Part shown: piece after piece, positions 43,305 to 45,742 of the stretch
Position numbering within the stretch: position 1 is the first letter of the stretch
Layout of the letters: every line of letters begins with the position of its first letter
Source: a virus
Reading direction: 5' to 3' (one strand)
Length of the DNA stretch: 45,742 bases
Virus record (IMG/VR): IMGVR_UViG_3300009085_001438
Made by a program: the position numbers and the translations under genes
Notes under the pieces: generated by a model
Databases searched by the model: none
Told to the model about the DNA's origin: nothing
Seen by the model: the letters and a program-made list of their open reading frames with translations, nothing else

Positions 43305-43775
43305 TTAGTACCGGTTCCGCCCGAAAGCTAGTTCACATTTACTTGCTTTTCTACAATTCTTTTCGTGGAACAGTGGCACTCTCTTATCAGCGTGCTTTTC
43401 CATCAACCACTTACCGCCGATACCCTCAGCTGAATGAAGGTTCATCCAAGTGTCCCACCGGCGAGTTGTGCCGGTTTGAAACCGGGTCATAAGAATAATC
43501 TTAGCACCTTGTGTTGTAGTCAAAGCGTACCTGTACCAGCACTTTTGCGTTCTATAATAGATTGAATCCTTATCGCAAGCCCAAGCTACCAAGTTCTTAC
43601 GGATATCATTATCAAAAATTTCAATGGCCTTAGTGCCTATGTACTCTCCATTATCATGGTCGAAAACTTTGTCATGAGCACTAAACCACTCATTTTGTTC
43701 CTCAGTTAACCAATTCTCCGGGGTAAAAAGCTCAGCTAACTCCTTGGGGTCTGTGAAGAAATATCTGCTTGCCAT
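43305..43775 (-). CDS. hypothetical protein
   Basis: 156-aa ORF downstream of promoter copy G, preceded by GAAAGGAGAT. Confidence 0.45.
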   Translation of the reverse strand: MASRYFFTDPKELAELFTPENWLTEEQNEWFSAHDKVFDHDNGEYIGTKAIEIFDNDIRKNLVAWACDKDSIYYRTQKCWYRYALTTTQGAKIILMTRFQTGTTRRWDTWMNLHSAEGIGGKWLMEKHADKRVPLFHEKNCRKASKCELAFGRNRY

Positions 43776-43857
43776 AGGGATCTCCTTTCGAGAATTGTCA
43801 TGCTTGGTACCAGGACATTTGGTCAGCTTGAGCTGTTTGCATTCACTTACTAACTAA

Positions 43858-43905
43858 TTATGTCTTAATTATACATACAAACAGAGGGAAAATCAAGTGT
43901 TTTTA
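43858..43905 (-). promoter_or_regulatory. conserved promoter element copy G (TTGATT-N17-TATAAT)
   Basis: rc of 43891..43896 is TTGATT and rc of 43868..43873 is TATAAT, followed by TAAGACATAATTAG. Confidence 0.5.
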
Positions 43906-44076
43906 CACATTCAATTGAGCTTCTATAAATGTGATTAACTCACGGCACTCTACTTCCTGCTGAAACAAGTCACTAATGTAGTCCGTATTGGGCTCCCCGC
44001 CATCCTGAAAATACTGGCTAATATCCTCTTGCAAATTTTGCAGCCGAGCTTTTGCGTTTTTTAACTCGCACTCCAT
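43903..44076 (-). CDS. small hypothetical protein (57 aa), below the ORF-track cutoff
   Basis: AAAAGGAGGAAGTGCA-ATG start. Reads MECELKNAKARLQNLQEDISQYF... The stop immediately abuts promoter copy G. Confidence 0.35.
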   Translation of the reverse strand: MECELKNAKARLQNLQEDISQYFQDGGEPNTDYISDLFQQEVECRELITFIEAQLNV

Positions 44077-44102
44077 TGCACTTCCTCCTTTTGTATGCTC
44101 TA

Positions 44103-44150
44103 TTATGTCTTAATTATATATATACAAACAGGGGGAAAATCAAGTGTTTC
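44103..44150 (-). promoter_or_regulatory. conserved promoter element copy H
   Basis: rc of 44138..44143 is TTGATT and TATAAT/TATATA lies 17-19 nt downstream. Its leader is nearly identical to copy C (GAGCATACAAAAGGAGGAAG). Confidence 0.5.
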
Positions 44151-44170
44151 TTTACCAAATACCTAAGTGT

Positions 44171-44404
44171 TTATGCAGTTTTTTGCTCCTTTAACCTTTT
44201 TAATTCAGCTGCTGCATCATTAAGCTTCTTACATGTTTGATCTAACACGTGCCAATGAGATTCAATTTGCTTCTCCGATTGCATAAGCTTATCCTGAAGA
44301 GCTTCAATAGTAGTTGCACTTTTATTAAGTGCTACAACAAGCTCCTCGGGTGTAAAATTTTTAATGTTTTGTGCAATTTCTTGAACTATTTTCCCATCTA
44401 TCAT
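44171..44404 (-). CDS. coiled-coil hypothetical protein
   Basis: 77 aa, preceded by an AAGGAGAT SD. Confidence 0.5.
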   Translation of the reverse strand: MIDGKIVQEIAQNIKNFTPEELVVALNKSATTIEALQDKLMQSEKQIESHWHVLDQTCKKLNDAAAELKRLKEQKTA

Positions 44405-44657
44405 TGCGGGATCTCCTTATCTTAAGTTTCTTTTCATAATTTTCTACCATATCCAATACTCTATCATGCTCTATATGATTGACTCGTAGTGCAATTAACC
44501 TCCATCCCCACTTTTCAATATCAATACCCTTAAAAAGATGCGTTTCTGCACACTTAACAAGAAAAGCATCTCGTTTTGCTTCTGGAAAGTAAAAGTGCAC
44601 GCACCATCCAAAAGGAGCTACTATAATGATTAACTTGTTATATAAAATTATACGCAT
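44361..44657 (-). CDS. hypothetical protein (weak)
   Basis: 98-aa ORF overlapping its neighbour by 44 nt, with a poor SD. Confidence 0.3.
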   Translation of the reverse strand: MRIILYNKLIIIVAPFGWCVHFYFPEAKRDAFLVKCAETHLFKGIDIEKWGWRLIALRVNHIEHDRVLDMVENYEKKLKIRRSRNDRWENSSRNCTKH

Positions 44658-44679
44658 GACTGTTCCCGCTTTCCTTAAA

Positions 44680-44884
44680 CTAAGATTGAGAACCGGGATG
44701 CTGGTGTATCATAGTTTCATCAAACTTACGTGTGTAATACTCTTGAAATTCATTATCATAATTATGATGCCAACCAAAATTAGGGCATTTTGGATTTGTG
44801 CAAGTGTTCATGTAATCAAATGCCTTATCTGAACCTGTCCCTACAACAAGGCATCCGCATTCCTTGCAAATGCCGTCAATCCAT
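44680..44884 (-). pseudogene. Cys-rich zinc-ribbon-like gene apparently disrupted by a 1-nt frameshift at its start (GGAG-N7-ATG GAT TGA; ~68-codon open +1 frame)
   Basis: The +1 frame reads (M)IDGICKECGCLVVGTGSDKAFDYMNTCTNPKCPNFGWHHNYDNEFQEYYTRKFDETMIHQHPGSQS* and has no in-frame start. Deleting one G from ATGG restores M-IDGICKEC. Confidence 0.3.
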
Positions 44885-44900
44885 TACCTAACTCCTTCAC

Positions 44901-45137
44901 TTAGTTTAAAACAAGTTTATTTATCTTTTTGAGCAATACATGAAGCTGTTTGCCTGTCGTAGGTTTAGGGCACTCTTCAGCTGGAATGATTCTATAGCTA
45001 TGTCCATAAGCTTGCACGCTAGCAACTTTACAACTCTCTTCAAAGGACACTTCTACATAAGCAAGTTTAAAGTTCAATAAACAGCGATATATGGTGCCTT
45101 CTATTAAAGCTTTACACTTGTTACAGCTTTTTTTCAT
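44901..45137 (-). CDS. hypothetical protein
   Basis: 78-aa ORF. Confidence 0.45.
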   Translation of the reverse strand: MKKSCNKCKALIEGTIYRCLLNFKLAYVEVSFEESCKVASVQAYGHSYRIIPAEECPKPTTGKQLHVLLKKINKLVLN

Positions 45138-45168
45138 CTAATGTCCTTTTTTTGTGAAACATCTCTTT

Positions 45169-45405
45169 TTACTTAGAGTTCTCTTTTTCCAACTTTTTCA
45201 ACTCTTCGATAACTGCTTGCACCTTTTTGATCTTCTCATCATCCCCTCTATTGGGATAATCTCCGCTTTCATAGCCCTCGACATAAAACATAATACCGTT
45301 TATCATGATACCCACTGGGATATCTGTTGTATGGCCTTTGCAGCCGTCGGGGGTGCAATACTCAGGGCAATCATACTCATAATATTCAATATCATCGATC
45401 TCCAT
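45169..45405 (-). CDS. acidic hypothetical protein
   Basis: 78-aa ORF containing CPEYCTPDGCKGH. Confidence 0.4.
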   Translation of the reverse strand: MEIDDIEYYEYDCPEYCTPDGCKGHTTDIPVGIMINGIMFYVEGYESGDYPNRGDDEKIKKVQAVIEELKKLEKENSK

Positions 45406-45655
45406 CTTTGTCCTTCTTTCTTACAGGAGTTACTAGTACTTCCATTATTTTGCCTTCTCCCGTTTCCTCCGCGTATTTTCCGCCATCTGGAAAGCATAAT
45501 TGCACCTGTAGCTTAGTAGCCCAAACACACTCAAACTGCTGCGTTTTAGCGTTCCAAAAAGCCCACATTTCTTGAGCTTTAGATTGCGTCTCTTCCGGGA
45601 TAATAAGGTGTGATACGGTTACTGCCATGTTAGCCCCTTTCGGTATTACGAGCAT
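45392..45655 (-). CDS. hypothetical protein
   Basis: 87-aa ORF. Confidence 0.4.
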   Translation of the reverse strand: MLVIPKGANMAVTVSHLIIPEETQSKAQEMWAFWNAKTQQFECVWATKLQVQLCFPDGGKYAEETGEGKIMEVLVTPVRKKDKDGDR

Positions 45656-45742
45656 CTCTAATCTTTCGCCCTAGCTGGTAACCCAATTTCCGAGATACGG
45701 AAGCTACATGCCTAAGCCCTCTAATATATTCCACGATTAACA

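Overview
All confident genes in this 45.7-kb window lie on the minus strand, are tightly packed and often overlap by a few bases. Most start with a Shine-Dalgarno motif plus ATG, GTG or TTG. The plus-strand ORFs in the track look like antisense shadows. The window carries four tRNAs, strong rho-independent terminators and a roughly 45-bp sigma70-like promoter element present in ten copies. Together with the many small cysteine-rich or zinc-ribbon ORFs and auxiliary metabolic genes, this reads as an accessory and metabolic arm of a large (jumbo-type) bacteriophage with a bacterial translation apparatus, not a bacterial chromosome. No capsid, tail or replication-core genes are visible here. Products recognisable from the sequence are listed below. 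The most unusual is a 798-aa homolog of the eukaryotic major vault protein (37947..40343); its MVP-repeat motifs, shoulder region and cap-helix coiled coil can be read directly from the sequence. Other recognisable content: (1) a 7-deazaguanine (preQ1-type) DNA modification module, folE, type-II queF and a Zn-less TGT-family DpdA-like transglycosylase, at 15524..17906; (2) a nearly complete CoA pathway from 4'-phosphopantothenate, with split coaB and coaC plus a coaD-coaE fusion; (3) a glycan/sulfation set, GDP-L-fucose synthase fcl, a DxD glycosyltransferase, a sulfotransferase and a class II aldolase-fold enzyme; (4) a soluble AAA+ / M41 (FtsH-type HEAGH) protease; (5) an N-terminal vWA (MIDAS) protein of 728 aa; (6) a Qnr/MfpA-like pentapeptide-repeat protein; (7) a Macro-domain protein; (8) an Rnl1-type RNA ligase and a calcineurin-like phosphoesterase; (9) RNase HII, an RdgC-like protein, pyrE and dcd. 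Three genes look interrupted by +1 frameshifts, in each case SD-ATG, a short ORF, a stop, and a long open +1 frame with no start. One of these sits at a prfB-like CUU-UAA site. Two GC-rich structured intergenic regions may encode ncRNAs. Nothing here was checked against a database; all calls rest on motifs and remembered family signatures.
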